A stretch of 64,000 nt of DNA from Vulcanimicrobiota bacterium (GTDB lineage: Bacteria > Vulcanimicrobiota > Vulcanimicrobiia > Vulcanimicrobiales > Vulcanimicrobiaceae): contig CAVWTN010000002.1 of NCBI GenBank assembly GCA_963757945.1, positions 458,262 to 522,261 of the forward strand, given 5' to 3'. Of this stretch, positions 49,631 through 59,416 are shown piece by piece. The notes beneath the pieces were generated by a model that was given only the letters and a program-made list of their open reading frames with translations, had not been told where the DNA came from and searched no databases. Numbering within the stretch: the first letter of the stretch is position 1; each line of letters begins with the position of its first letter. Position numbers and translations under genes: made by a program.

Positions 49631-51229
49631 TCAGAAGTCCGCCAAGCGATCGAGCGCTAGATCCTCGAGGTCCGCGAGCCGATCGCTGCCTGCGTGTTCT
49701 CCGTTCGAGAGAAACGCGAACACGATCGGACCGTGGCGCCGGCTCTCGACGACCCCGGCGAGGCCGTTGACGCCCTCCAAGTGCCCGCTCTTGCCGCGAA
49801 CCCGGCCGGCGCCGTCCTGCAGCGTGCGGCGGCGCACGGTTCCCTCGATTCCGACACGGGGCATCAGCGGGACGACGCTCTCATCGGCGGGGACGAACAA
49901 TTGCGCGCGTAAGAGCGCGGCCAGCGACGCCGCGGTCAGACGGTTCGAGAACGAAAGGCCGCTGCCGTCGACGATCCGCACGCCTTCGCTCGGGACGTTC
50001 CAACGCGCGAGCAACGTCTTCTCGATGCGAATGCCGTCGCTGCTGCCGGCCGCGCCGAAGCCGTCCGCCGCGAGTAAACGCAGCAGTTGCTCGGCCGTGT
50101 GATTGTCCGAAGCAAAGAGCATCTCGTGCACGAGACGCTCGACGGGCGGCGAGCGATGCGTCCACAACGCGAGCGCATCGCCCGGCGCGGCGCCCAGCTC
50201 GACGCCGCCGCCGAGCGCGATCCGATGCCCTTCGAGCATCGCCGCAAACGCGTGGCCCGCATAACGCGGAAGATCCAGAACCGGCTGCCAATCGTGTTCG
50301 GTCTCGCCGGCCGCGACCGTGCCCCAGGCCCGAAAGACGTTGCTTCCGCGCCGATCGCGCGGCCCGGCGCCGCCGTCGCGTTCGAAGAAGAACTGCGCCG
50401 GACTGCCCGCCCCGACCGTTTCGATCGTGCCGTGCACGCGCACGCCGCTCTTCGGCGGCTCGGTTTCGATGCGCGCCGCAGCTCCGGGAACCGTCGGGGT
50501 CACGCGAAAATCGACGCTGTCTCCGTCGAGCGAGAGCGCGCTCGCGGCAAACGCAAAGCCTGCGCGCAGGTCGTCCGGCGACCAGGTGGGGTTCGTCTCC
50601 TCGCCGGAAAAACGCGTCGCGTCCACGACGAGCGGCCCTTCGACGCGCCGGATCCCGCGCGCCGCGAGTTCGTGCGCCGCGCCGCGCAAATCGTCCGACG
50701 TCAAAGCCGGATCGCCGCCGCCCACGAGCCAAAGCGGTGAGGGAACCGTGCCGTCCCGGGGCTCGGCGCGCGCGAGCACGCGCGTTTCGATGCGCCGTTG
50801 CGGCCCCAAAACGGCGAGCGCGGCCGCCGCGACCACGAGCTTGATCGTCGACGCCGGGACGAGCGAACGGCGCGCACCGTGCGAAAAGAGCACCGTGCCG
50901 TCCGCCGTGACGATCTGGACCCCGGCATCCGAGAATACCGGGTCGTCCAAGAGCGCGCGCAACGAGCGCTGCGCGCGTGTCCGTTCGGCGCCGCTCCAGC
51001 GCGCGGCGCGCACAACGCGCGGCGCTCGCGCGCCGGGGAGCGCCGGAGCGGGCACGACGGGGTGCGTTGGGGCCTTCGGTCCGCAGGCCGACAGCACGCC
51101 CAGGCAGAGCGCGAGCGCCGCGCGCAGCTCCGATACCCGCAATCTCAGATCCCCGCGCCCTCCGCGAACTCGAGCTCTTGCATGCCGTCGCGGCCCCCGA
51201 ACGCCAGCGCTTCGACCAGTTCCAACCAC
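49631..51229 (-). CDS. dacB: D-alanyl-D-alanine carboxypeptidase/endopeptidase (PBP4 family), lipoprotein
   Basis: Lipobox LGVLSAC. PBP4 motifs STIKL, SDN, KSG. The true start is probably an internal start codon near the lipobox (about 51100); the annotated 5' end is the ORF maximum. Confidence 0.7.
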   Translation of the reverse strand: MVGTGRSAGVRGPRRHARARVRGGRGDLRLRVSELRAALALCLGVLSACGPKAPTHPVVPAPALPGARAPRVVRAARWSGAERTRAQRSLRALLDDPVFSDAGVQIVTADGTVLFSHGARRSLVPASTIKLVVAAAALAVLGPQRRIETRVLARAEPRDGTVPSPLWLVGGGDPALTSDDLRGAAHELAARGIRRVEGPLVVDATRFSGEETNPTWSPDDLRAGFAFAASALSLDGDSVDFRVTPTVPGAAARIETEPPKSGVRVHGTIETVGAGSPAQFFFERDGGAGPRDRRGSNVFRAWGTVAAGETEHDWQPVLDLPRYAGHAFAAMLEGHRIALGGGVELGAAPGDALALWTHRSPPVERLVHEMLFASDNHTAEQLLRLLAADGFGAAGSSDGIRIEKTLLARWNVPSEGVRIVDGSGLSFSNRLTAASLAALLRAQLFVPADESVVPLMPRVGIEGTVRRRTLQDGAGRVRGKSGHLEGVNGLAGVVESRRHGPIVFAFLSNGEHAGSDRLADLEDLALDRLADF

Positions 51230-51693
51230 GGACCGTCAGCGACGCGTTCGCGCAAGCGCCGCGCCGGCCTCGTCGCGCGCAGCGCGTCCTCGCGAAAGAT
51301 CGTCGCTCCGAAACGCCGCGCGCGCAACATCCGTTCCAGCGCCGGTGCGCCGTATTCGATCAGCCCGACCCCGGGCTCGAGCTCCCAGCGCTGGATCGCC
51401 CCGGCCGGCGCGACGAACGCGAAGTGCGTGCAATACGGAAGATAGCTGCGCCACTTCGCATCGGCCAGGACGTCGCCGCGCGACGATTTCACCTCGAAGA
51501 TCCGCGCTTGACGCGTGTATTTCGTCAAGCCGATCACATCGAAGCGCAAGCCGCTCCCCAGCGGCGAGAACTCGGTGCCGGCGTACGCGTACCCGAGCGC
51601 GCGCATCCGCTCGAGTGCGAGCGCCCGCAACTCGCTCGTCATCGGGGCTCGCCCGGCGGCCGGCGTAAGCGGGATGTAGTCGAGTGCGGGCAT
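51145..51693 (-). CDS. hypothetical protein, possible PD-(D/E)xK nuclease fold (MmcB-like?)
   Basis: About 180-aa ORF with a D…E-V-K pattern (RFDVIGLT…IFEVKSS). Weak assignment. Overlaps the dacB ORF 5' extension. Confidence 0.3.
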   Translation of the reverse strand: MPALDYIPLTPAAGRAPMTSELRALALERMRALGYAYAGTEFSPLGSGLRFDVIGLTKYTRQARIFEVKSSRGDVLADAKWRSYLPYCTHFAFVAPAGAIQRWELEPGVGLIEYGAPALERMLRARRFGATIFREDALRATRPARRLRERVADGPWLELVEALAFGGRDGMQELEFAEGAGI

Positions 51694-51705
51694 CGTGCCG
51701 AGGGC

Positions 51706-53214
51706 TCAGTCGCGCGGCCGCAGGCCGTCGAGCGAGAACAAGCGCGTGGGTCTCTCCCAGCGCAAGGTCGCTATTCCGTCCGGCGCGAGCGATTCGCACC
51801 ACGTAAAATAGAACGTGCGCGGCGGCGTCGCGCCGTACCGGTACGAGTGCGCGCCGCCGTCCACGACGCGCTCGCACGCGAGCTCAAAACGCGAGGCAAA
51901 CTCGGGACGAGCCGCGAGCGGTTGATTGTCGACGAAGAGCGCGCGGCGCGCGTGCTTGGTCGACGGATACCAATTGTGCGATTCGCGCCCCTGCCAATCG
52001 TAGCCGATGACGACGGCCGGAACGTTCGCGTTGAAATCGATCACGGATGAGAGCCCGTATCCGTCCGTCATCACGATCGCGTGCCGCTCGCGGGCGATCC
52101 GCGCGAGATCGCGTGCGAGCGGGCGGTAGGCGAACATCTCGAACGGTCCCGCGTTGCGAAGCTGCACGCCCGTTTCGCGCTGAATGATCCGGTAGCTCGC
52201 GACCGGTGCGAACGCCATCGCGAAGATCGCCGGGAGCAGCACGGCCGCCGGCACGAGCGCGATCGTGGTCCAGACGATGCGGCGGCGAGCGGCCAACTGC
52301 ACGTAGGCGATCCCCATCATCGCGCAGAGCGAAGCGAACGCGCCGAAGGCCCAGTGAATTTCGACGTCGCGGAAAAGCGCGAGCAGCGTCAGCGTGCCGA
52401 GCAGCGGCAGCGCGGTCCAAGCCAAGAAGGCGTTACGCGGCCGTAGCGCGAGGATCAAGACACCGAGCCAGATCCCGGGCGAGTACGCGGCGGCTTGAGC
52501 GGCGTACAGCGAGAGCACGTGCCGCAGCGAGGACTGCATCAAGCGCTCGCCTTCGTGGCGGTGCACCAGCGCGAACGCGAACGTGACCCACTCGTGCGCC
52601 GCGTTCCAGATGACGAACGGCGAATAGACCAGCGCGCAGATGCCGAACGAGAGCGCGAGGCCTTCCCGCCAGTACCGGCGATGCGCGGGCAAGAGTGCAT
52701 AGCCCGCGATCCCGGCGACGAGCGCGAACCCGAACATGCGCGAGAGCAGCACGCCGCCGAGCGCAAGACCCAGCAGCGCGTAATCGCGCCGTTCGCCGGA
52801 GCGGAACGCGCGCGCGGCAAACCACAGGGCCAAGCACCAGAACATGAGATACGGACCGTCCGGCTGCGCCGAGCCGAACGCGATCGACGCGAGCGGCGTG
52901 ACCGAGAACGCGATCGCCGCGGCATCGCCAGCGCGCCGGTCGCCCGCGAGCAGCGTCGCGCAGCGCGCCAACGCGTACGTCGCGATCGCGCCGCACAGGA
53001 CGAACCCCAGGCGCACGAAGCCCGGATTGTTCCCGAGCCATCCGAACGAGGCGATCGTCCACGCGACCGCGGGCGGGTGGTCGACGTAACCGAACGCCGG
53101 CCGCCGGCTCCACTCCCAATAATACGCTTCATCGCCGGTCAACGGGAGCATGAATCCGCCCACGGCTCGCAGGATGAACGCGACGATCACGACGGCCCAC
53201 ACGTACGGCGTCAT
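51706..53214 (-). CDS. glycosyltransferase family 39 / ArnT-like membrane glycosyltransferase
   Basis: About 11 TM helices with an N-terminal GT39/PMT_2-like region (LTGDEAYYWEWSRRPAFGYVDHPP). Confidence 0.7.
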   Translation of the reverse strand: MTPYVWAVVIVAFILRAVGGFMLPLTGDEAYYWEWSRRPAFGYVDHPPAVAWTIASFGWLGNNPGFVRLGFVLCGAIATYALARCATLLAGDRRAGDAAAIAFSVTPLASIAFGSAQPDGPYLMFWCLALWFAARAFRSGERRDYALLGLALGGVLLSRMFGFALVAGIAGYALLPAHRRYWREGLALSFGICALVYSPFVIWNAAHEWVTFAFALVHRHEGERLMQSSLRHVLSLYAAQAAAYSPGIWLGVLILALRPRNAFLAWTALPLLGTLTLLALFRDVEIHWAFGAFASLCAMMGIAYVQLAARRRIVWTTIALVPAAVLLPAIFAMAFAPVASYRIIQRETGVQLRNAGPFEMFAYRPLARDLARIARERHAIVMTDGYGLSSVIDFNANVPAVVIGYDWQGRESHNWYPSTKHARRALFVDNQPLAARPEFASRFELACERVVDGGAHSYRYGATPPRTFYFTWCESLAPDGIATLRWERPTRLFSLDGLRPRD

Positions 53215-53963
53215 CGCTCGTGCGGCTCCACGAGCCCGCCGTTCACGCCGATCGTCTGACCGTTGATGAAACCGGCATCATCCGAAAGATAGAAGCGGAC
53301 GGCGGCCGCGATATCTTCCCAGGAACCGGCGTGGCCCGTGGGATTCGCAGCGGGAACGCTGCTCGCTCCGAAGCGGTCGAGCTCCTTATCGCGGATGTCG
53401 CCCGGCTCGATCGCGTTCACGGTGATCCCGTGCCGCGCTTCCTCGAGCGCGAGCGCCCGTGCGAACGTCACGACGGCGGCTTTCGCCGCGCCGTACAAGG
53501 TCATGCCCGCGGCTGGGAGCGTCGCGTGAGAACCGTTCATGCCGAAGAACACGAGGCGCCCGAAAGCGCGTTCGCGCATGCCCGGCAGGACGGCGAACGC
53601 GCCCTCGACGGCGCTCCCCAGATTGGCCGCCAGCATCGTCTCGTAGTCGGCGAAGGTCGATGCGGCGAACCGCCGCACGACGATCGGACCCGCGGCGTGG
53701 ACGAAGGCATCCAGCCTTCCGAAGCGCGCCTGGACCGCCGCCACGGCCGCCTGCGTTTGCCCGCGCACGGCGTGATCGGCCGGGAAGGCAAAGCCTTCCT
53801 GGCCCGCCCGTTCGATGGCGGCCAACGTCTCGTCCGGCGGTGTCCCGGCCGGCCTGTACGTAAAGGCCACCCGGTAGCCGCTCTCCGCAAGATTCCGAGC
53901 GATGCCGCGAGCCAAGCCGCGCGCCGCCCCCGTAACCAGCGCTACCCGAGTCTGCGTGCTCAC
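53211..53963 (-). CDS. SDR-family oxidoreductase
   Basis: TGAARGLARGIA Rossmann motif and a Y-x3-K active site. 4-bp overlap with the GT39 gene. Confidence 0.8.
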   Translation of the reverse strand: MSTQTRVALVTGAARGLARGIARNLAESGYRVAFTYRPAGTPPDETLAAIERAGQEGFAFPADHAVRGQTQAAVAAVQARFGRLDAFVHAAGPIVVRRFAASTFADYETMLAANLGSAVEGAFAVLPGMRERAFGRLVFFGMNGSHATLPAAGMTLYGAAKAAVVTFARALALEEARHGITVNAIEPGDIRDKELDRFGASSVPAANPTGHAGSWEDIAAAVRFYLSDDAGFINGQTIGVNGGLVEPHER

Positions 53964-54062
53964 TTCGCGGGGTTCTTCGTCGTCAGCCGCACCCTTCCGC
54001 GTTGGGCGGCGACCTCGGGTTTCCCCTGCCGGTGTTTCTCGGTCGTACTAGGTGACGGCGGC

Positions 54063-57000
54063 CTATACCCCCGCTTCGATTCGCGGCGCGACGAGTTCCG
54101 GCAGGCCCTGCTCGGCCTTCCTTTTCCTTTTTTCCGCACGGCGCTCCGAGGCGCCCATGATCGTGCAGTAGACGATCGGCACGAGCATCAGCGTCAAAAC
54201 GAGCGAACTCGAGAGGCCGCCGATGAGGACCGTCCCCATCGACGCCCGCTCTTCGCCGCCTTCGGTCAAGCCCAGCGCGAGCGGGAGCATGCCGAAGATC
54301 ATCGCGCACGTCGTCATCAAGATCGGCCGGAAGCGCGTCGATGCGGCCTTCGTCATCGCTTCGACCACGCGTAAGCCTCGCGCGCGCATCTGGTTCGCGT
54401 AATCGACGAGCAGGATGCCGTTCTTGGCGACGAGGCCGAACAGCATGATCATCGCGATCAGCGAGAACAAGTTGAGCGACTGGTGCCGCAGCGCGAGCCC
54501 CACGAGCGCGCCGATGATCGCAACCGGAACCGAGAACATCACGACGAACGGCTCGACGAACGATCCGTAGAGCACGACCATCAGCATGTAGACGAGCGTG
54601 ACGGACGTCAGCAGCGCGAGCCCCATGCTCGAGAACGTCTGTTGGTAGAGCTCGGCGTCGCCGGCCGAGAGCGCCTTCGTATCGGGCGGCAGGAAACCAG
54701 GCGTCGCGAGCGCTTTGTCGACCGGCCCGAGCACGGTGCCGAGCGTCGTCGTTCCATCGATATCCCCGATCACGCGCACGATGCGGTGGCGGCTCTGCCG
54801 TTCGATCTTCGTAGGAGCTTTCGTCAGCGTGAAACTCGCAATCGAACCCAAACTGACGAGCGAGCCGTCGAGCGCGCGCACTTTGACCGTCTTGACGCGC
54901 GCGATGTCGTTGCGCGTGCCTTCGGGCAACTGCACGCGAACGTTGATGAGCCCGCTTTCCGTGCGGACCTTCGTCGCGATCGCGCCGCCGATGGCGATGC
55001 GGGCGGCGGTCGCCGCATCGCCCGGAGCGACGCCGACGAGGGTCGCGCGCGCCGGATCGATCTGAATGTTCAGGCGCGGACCGTCGCCCTCGGCCCCGGT
55101 TTGCACGTTGATCGCGCCGGGCTGCGCGCGGATCAGCGCCGCCAGCTTGTTGGCCGCTGCGTTCAGCGTCGCGTCGGGACCCGAGAGCGTGTAATAGATC
55201 GGCGTCCCGGTCCCGCCGCCGCCCTCTTTCTGCGCTTCGAAGCGCGCGCCGGGGACGGTCCAATCGAGCTTGCGGAGATCCTCGAGGGCGCGGTTCGTTT
55301 CCTTGCGTTTGTCCTGGCGCAGGATCACCGTGAAGCGGCCGACCTGCCCGCCGATCGTCGATCCCCAGCCGCTCGGTTTTCTGCCCGCGGTCGTCAGCAC
55401 GCTCTCAACGTCCTTGACCTTCAACGCCTCCGTCGCGAAGCGATCCATCGCCGCCTCCGTGACCGCCAGCGGCGTACCGATCGGGTAGGTGACCGCGCCG
55501 GTGAGCATGCCCGTGTTCGACCCCGGGATGAACTCCGAGCCGATGAAGCCGAGCGGCACGAGCGCGATCGCGCCGATGACCAACACGAAGCCGCTGCTGA
55601 CCGTCAGCCAGCGGTGCCCGAGCGCCCACGGCAGCACCCGCTCGAGATAGAAGCGCGCGACCACATCGAAGGAGCGCTGGAACCAGGCGGCCCAACCGGG
55701 GACGCCTTCGCTGCGCGTCTTGACCGACCAGCGGCCCGCCAACAGCGGCGTCAGCGTGAAGGAGACGAGCAGCGAGAACAGCGTCGCGACGACGATGACG
55801 ATGCCGAACTCCTTCATGTATTTGCCGACGATCCCGGAGAGGAATGCGATCGGGAAAAACACGACGACGTCGACGAGCGTGATCGCGATTGCGGCTTGGC
55901 CGATCTCGGTGCGCCCGTTGTAGGCGGCATCGAGAGGTGATTCGCCCATGTCTCGATGGCGCGTGATGTTCTCGAGCACCACGATCGAATCGTCGACGAG
56001 GATCCCGATCGTCAGGCCGAGCCCCATCATCGAGATCGTGTCGATCGTGTAATTCAAGAGCCGCATGACCATGAACGTCGCGAGCAGCGACATCGGGATC
56101 GCGATCATGACGACCGCCGCGTTGCGCCAGGCGTGCAGGAACAGCAGCATCACGATCGCCGTGAGCAAGATGCCCTCGCCCAAGCTCTGCAAGACGCCGT
56201 TGATCGAGGCTCGCGTGTAATCGGCGTTCGCTTCGATCTCGCTGAACTTGACCTCGGGATGGCGCGCGGCGAGATCCTTGAAGGCCTTGCGCACGGCGTC
56301 GGTCGTCTTGATCTCATCCGAATCGGCGCTGCGTTGAACGTCGAGGATCACGCCTGCAGCACCGTTATATTTCGTCGGGTAGCGCTGTTCTTGGTGGCCG
56401 TCGACGACGGTGGCAAGCGCCCCGATCGTCGGCATCATCATGCCCGCGGAGACCGTCGTGCCGCTGGGATAGAGCGAAACGGGCAGTGCCAAGATATCGG
56501 CCGGCTGCACGATATCCGCGTGGACCGAAACGCTGGTCTCGCTGGTCTTGGCGTCGATGCGGCCGCCCGGCAGGTTCGCGTTGTTTTGCTGGACCGAGCC
56601 GAACACGTCGCCGAGCGTCGCGCCGACGCCGTCGAGCCGGCCGAGATCCGGATACACGTAGATTTCGCGGAGCGTGTCGCCGCGCGTATCGATCGAGACG
56701 ACGCCCGGCACGTTCTTGAGTTCGGGCACGAGCCGGTCCTCGATCAGATCGCCGAGCGCTCCGGCGGAGAGCGAAGTCGAGCTCAGCGCTTCCGTCAGAA
56801 TCGGATCGGCCGTCCCCGAGTTCTTGAACACGGTCGGCGGATCGAGATCCGCCGGCATGTTGACGCGCGCCGTATCGACCCGCCGCTGGACGTCCGTCGC
56901 GGCGAAATCGAGATTCGTATCGAGCTTGAACTGGACGATGACCGACGCCGTGCCTTCTTGCGCGGTCGCCGAGAGTTTGTCGAGGTTATCGATGCCGTCG

Positions 57001-57212
57001 AGTTGATCTTCGATCGGCTTGATGACGAGCTTCTCCATCTCGGCGGGAGACGCGCCGGGGTAGCTCGCGGAGACGACGACGATCGGAAACGCGACGTTCG
57101 GAAACAGACTCACGCCGAGCGAGCGGTAGGAGATGAACCCGAAAATTGCAATCGCGATCGCCGCCATCGCGACGATGACCGGCCGGGTTATCGCAAATCG
57201 GGTCAACCACAC
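54063..57212 (-). CDS. RND efflux transporter permease (AcrB/HAE family)
   Basis: 1049 aa, 12-TM RND architecture with two large periplasmic loops. No membrane-fusion adaptor or outer-membrane factor gene adjacent. Confidence 0.9.
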   Translation of the reverse strand: MWLTRFAITRPVIVAMAAIAIAIFGFISYRSLGVSLFPNVAFPIVVVSASYPGASPAEMEKLVIKPIEDQLDGIDNLDKLSATAQEGTASVIVQFKLDTNLDFAATDVQRRVDTARVNMPADLDPPTVFKNSGTADPILTEALSSTSLSAGALGDLIEDRLVPELKNVPGVVSIDTRGDTLREIYVYPDLGRLDGVGATLGDVFGSVQQNNANLPGGRIDAKTSETSVSVHADIVQPADILALPVSLYPSGTTVSAGMMMPTIGALATVVDGHQEQRYPTKYNGAAGVILDVQRSADSDEIKTTDAVRKAFKDLAARHPEVKFSEIEANADYTRASINGVLQSLGEGILLTAIVMLLFLHAWRNAAVVMIAIPMSLLATFMVMRLLNYTIDTISMMGLGLTIGILVDDSIVVLENITRHRDMGESPLDAAYNGRTEIGQAAIAITLVDVVVFFPIAFLSGIVGKYMKEFGIVIVVATLFSLLVSFTLTPLLAGRWSVKTRSEGVPGWAAWFQRSFDVVARFYLERVLPWALGHRWLTVSSGFVLVIGAIALVPLGFIGSEFIPGSNTGMLTGAVTYPIGTPLAVTEAAMDRFATEALKVKDVESVLTTAGRKPSGWGSTIGGQVGRFTVILRQDKRKETNRALEDLRKLDWTVPGARFEAQKEGGGGTGTPIYYTLSGPDATLNAAANKLAALIRAQPGAINVQTGAEGDGPRLNIQIDPARATLVGVAPGDAATAARIAIGGAIATKVRTESGLINVRVQLPEGTRNDIARVKTVKVRALDGSLVSLGSIASFTLTKAPTKIERQSRHRIVRVIGDIDGTTTLGTVLGPVDKALATPGFLPPDTKALSAGDAELYQQTFSSMGLALLTSVTLVYMLMVVLYGSFVEPFVVMFSVPVAIIGALVGLALRHQSLNLFSLIAMIMLFGLVAKNGILLVDYANQMRARGLRVVEAMTKAASTRFRPILMTTCAMIFGMLPLALGLTEGGEERASMGTVLIGGLSSSLVLTLMLVPIVYCTIMGASERRAEKRKRKAEQGLPELVAPRIEAGV

Positions 57213-57471
57213 AGTCGCGTCATCCTCCGGCTCCGGTTGCTACGCCCTCAGGTACGCGGAACCCGTCCCCGAAGTTTCGCTTGGCCCGCAATCTGGTTCC
57301 GCAAGGGACCCCTCGCCTGGCCGGTCAGCCGTTAGACGGCCCCAACCCCGGCCGCGTCCCCCCGCCGCCGGGCGCTCGGCGTGACGGGGCCCGCGCTCGT
57401 CGTCGTGGTCACCTGTCGAAGGGTGCGCTCGCCGAACGGCCGGTCCGCCGGAGAACGACGGGTTCCGTGGG

Positions 57472-57499
57472 ACGAGAAAAACCCGCCGGGTGACGGCGG
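57472..57499 (-). terminator. intrinsic terminator after tRNA-Leu
   Basis: On the minus strand, CCCGCCG-5nt-CGGCGGG followed by TTTTTC, immediately 3' of the tRNA. Confidence 0.6.
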
Positions 57500-57586
57500 G
57501 TGGTGCGCGAGACTGGACTCGAACCAGCACGCCCTTGCGGGCGCTAGCCCCTCAAGCTAGTGCGTCTACCAATTCCGCCACTCGCG
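57500..57586 (-). tRNA. tRNA-Leu (anticodon GAG), CCA encoded
   Basis: Minus-strand sequence GCGCGAGTGGCGGAATTGGTAGACGCACTAGCTTGAGGGGCTAGCGCCCGCAAGGGCGTGCTGGTTCGAGTCCAGTCTCGCGCACCA folds as a class-II tRNA with a long variable arm and anticodon loop TTGAGGG. Confidence 0.85.
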
Positions 57587-57760
57587 CACGGGGGCCCAAA
57601 GCTTGGGCGCGGGAAAGCGCCAAAGCGATTAACCCGCGTATGGTATCGTATCGGCCGACGCCGTGCAAGACACGCCGCGGGGTATCCCGCACGGGGCAGC
57701 TATCCCCGGCGACGGGCGTGATTGACAGGCTGCGGCGGGGGGTGGTACCGTCGGGAGCGT

Positions 57761-57841
57761 CATGTTTGCGCGTGCTTTCGGTCCGGCGCCGTGCTGTTGT
57801 CCCCCCGTAACGCTTCGTCGGGAAGGGTGCATTCGCGCGTA
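57761..57841 (+). other. putative 26-codon leader ORF (MFARAFGPAPCCCPPVTLRREGCIRA*) with three consecutive Cys codons
   Basis: ATG at 57761 with GGGAG upstream. Follows a TTGACA-N18-TACCGT promoter-like sequence at 57721..57750. A terminator follows at 57870..57906. Confidence 0.3.
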
Positions 57842-57869
57842 GACGGCGTCAGCGCATGACGCAAGCGTT

Positions 57870-57906
57870 GACCCCCTGCCGGCGGCAGGGGGTCTTTTCA
57901 TTTTTC
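57870..57906 (+). terminator. intrinsic terminator / attenuator 44 bp upstream of the nif-like genes
   Basis: GACCCCCTGCC-GGC-GGCAGGGGGTC hairpin followed by TTTTCATTTTTC. Confidence 0.55.
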
Positions 57907-57949
57907 TGCGAGGCCCTCGCCTCGCGTAGCACCCGGAAGGAACGCATCG

Positions 57950-59416
57950 GTGGACATCAACCTTGATAGCGCGGTCGTGCCGGTTCGCGAAGCGCGACTC
58001 GGCTCGGTCAGCGGCTACGTCGGGACGGCCGCCGATCTGGTGGCCCGCTCGGCGGCAGGCACGCTCGCGGACCGCGGCCGGAGCTTCACGCAGTGCCTCT
58101 CCTGCTCGGAGATGTGCGCGGTCTCGCTGCTTGCCTATATCCAAGATGCCGCGGTCGTGAGCCACGCGCCGCTCGGGTGCGCGGCGAGCTTCGGCGGAAT
58201 GAACCAGCTCAATCGCTGGGGTCAGCTGCGACGCGGCCTGCAGGTCGGCAACGCGCACTTGGTCAGTTCCAACCTGACGGAGAGCGACACGATCTTCGGG
58301 GCCGCCGCGAAGCTCGAGCAGGCCGTGCGGGCGGCCTACGAACGCTTCGACCCCAAGGCGATCTTCGTCGCGACCGCCTGCGCGTCGGCGATCATCGGCG
58401 AGGATCTCGCCGGCCCCCTCGACGATCTCGAACGCGAGCTCGGCGTTCCGATCGTGCCCGTCCACTGCGAAGGCTTCCGCTCCCAGCTATGGTCGAGCGG
58501 TTTCGACGCCGCGTATCACGCGATTCTGCGGAAGATCGTCAAGCCCGCGCAGCGGAAGCGCAACACGGTCAACGTCGTCAACTTCTGGCACGACGACGTC
58601 TTCTCGCACCTGCTCGAGCCGCTCGGGCTGACCGCGAACCTGATCGTTCCGTTCTCGACGATCGCGCAATTGGAGACGATCTCCGAGGCGGCGGCGACCG
58701 TGCAGATGTGCGCCACGCTCGGCACCTATCTCGCGAGCGGCCTCGAGGAATTGCACGGCGTCCCGGCGATCAAGGCTCCACAGCCGTACGGCATCGCCGG
58801 AACGGATGCGTGGCTGCGCGCGCTCGCCCGCGCGACCGGGAAAGAATCGCAGGCAGAAGCGCTGATCGCCGCCGAGAAGGACGCGATCGCGCAGGAGCTC
58901 GCGGACCTGCGCCGAGAGCTCGGCGGCGTGCGCGCGTACGTCGCCGCCGGGAGCGCGCACGGACACAGTCTGATCAGCGTCCTGCGCGAACTGGGCGTCA
59001 CGATCGAGGGCGGCTGCTTCTATCACCACGATCCGAAGTTCGATCACGGCGACCCCGCGGGCGATACGCTCGGGCACGTCGTGCGGACGTACGGCGATTT
59101 CAAGGCCGGCGTCTGCAACAAGCAGCTCTTCGAGCTGATCAACCTCGCGAATCGCATCAAGCCCGACATCTTGATCGTCCGGCACGGCAACCTCGCGGTC
59201 TGGGGCGCGAAGCTCGGCATCCCGACGTTCCTGTTGCAGGACGAGCACCTCTCGCTCGGCTATCGCGGGATCGTCCGCTACGGACGCAAGATCCTGGACT
59301 TCGTGAGCAATCCCGCGCTCGTGAAGCATCTGGCGAAACACACGCGGCTCCCGTACAAGCCGTGGTGGTTCGAGCAGAATCCCTACGCGTTCTTGAAGGC
59401 GGAACGGACGCCGTGA
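57950..59416 (+). CDS. nitrogenase component-1-like oxidoreductase, NifD/NifE-like subunit
   Basis: 488 aa. NifD-type cluster-ligand region (CAVSLLAYIQDAAVVSHAPLGC) and further conserved Cys/His positions. GTG start with AGGAA RBS. Confidence 0.65.
   Translation: MDINLDSAVVPVREARLGSVSGYVGTAADLVARSAAGTLADRGRSFTQCLSCSEMCAVSLLAYIQDAAVVSHAPLGCAASFGGMNQLNRWGQLRRGLQVGNAHLVSSNLTESDTIFGAAAKLEQAVRAAYERFDPKAIFVATACASAIIGEDLAGPLDDLERELGVPIVPVHCEGFRSQLWSSGFDAAYHAILRKIVKPAQRKRNTVNVVNFWHDDVFSHLLEPLGLTANLIVPFSTIAQLETISEAAATVQMCATLGTYLASGLEELHGVPAIKAPQPYGIAGTDAWLRALARATGKESQAEALIAAEKDAIAQELADLRRELGGVRAYVAAGSAHGHSLISVLRELGVTIEGGCFYHHDPKFDHGDPAGDTLGHVVRTYGDFKAGVCNKQLFELINLANRIKPDILIVRHGNLAVWGAKLGIPTFLLQDEHLSLGYRGIVRYGRKILDFVSNPALVKHLAKHTRLPYKPWWFEQNPYAFLKAERTP

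Noticed and set aside
57590-57870. Possible cobalamin or SAM riboswitch in the leader upstream of the nif-like genes (a GGGAAGGGTGC-like stretch resembles the start of a B12 element)
   Set aside because: I could not find the B12-box or the SAM-I conserved helices and junction sequences. The leader-peptide plus terminator explanation fits the sequence better, so no riboswitch is called.
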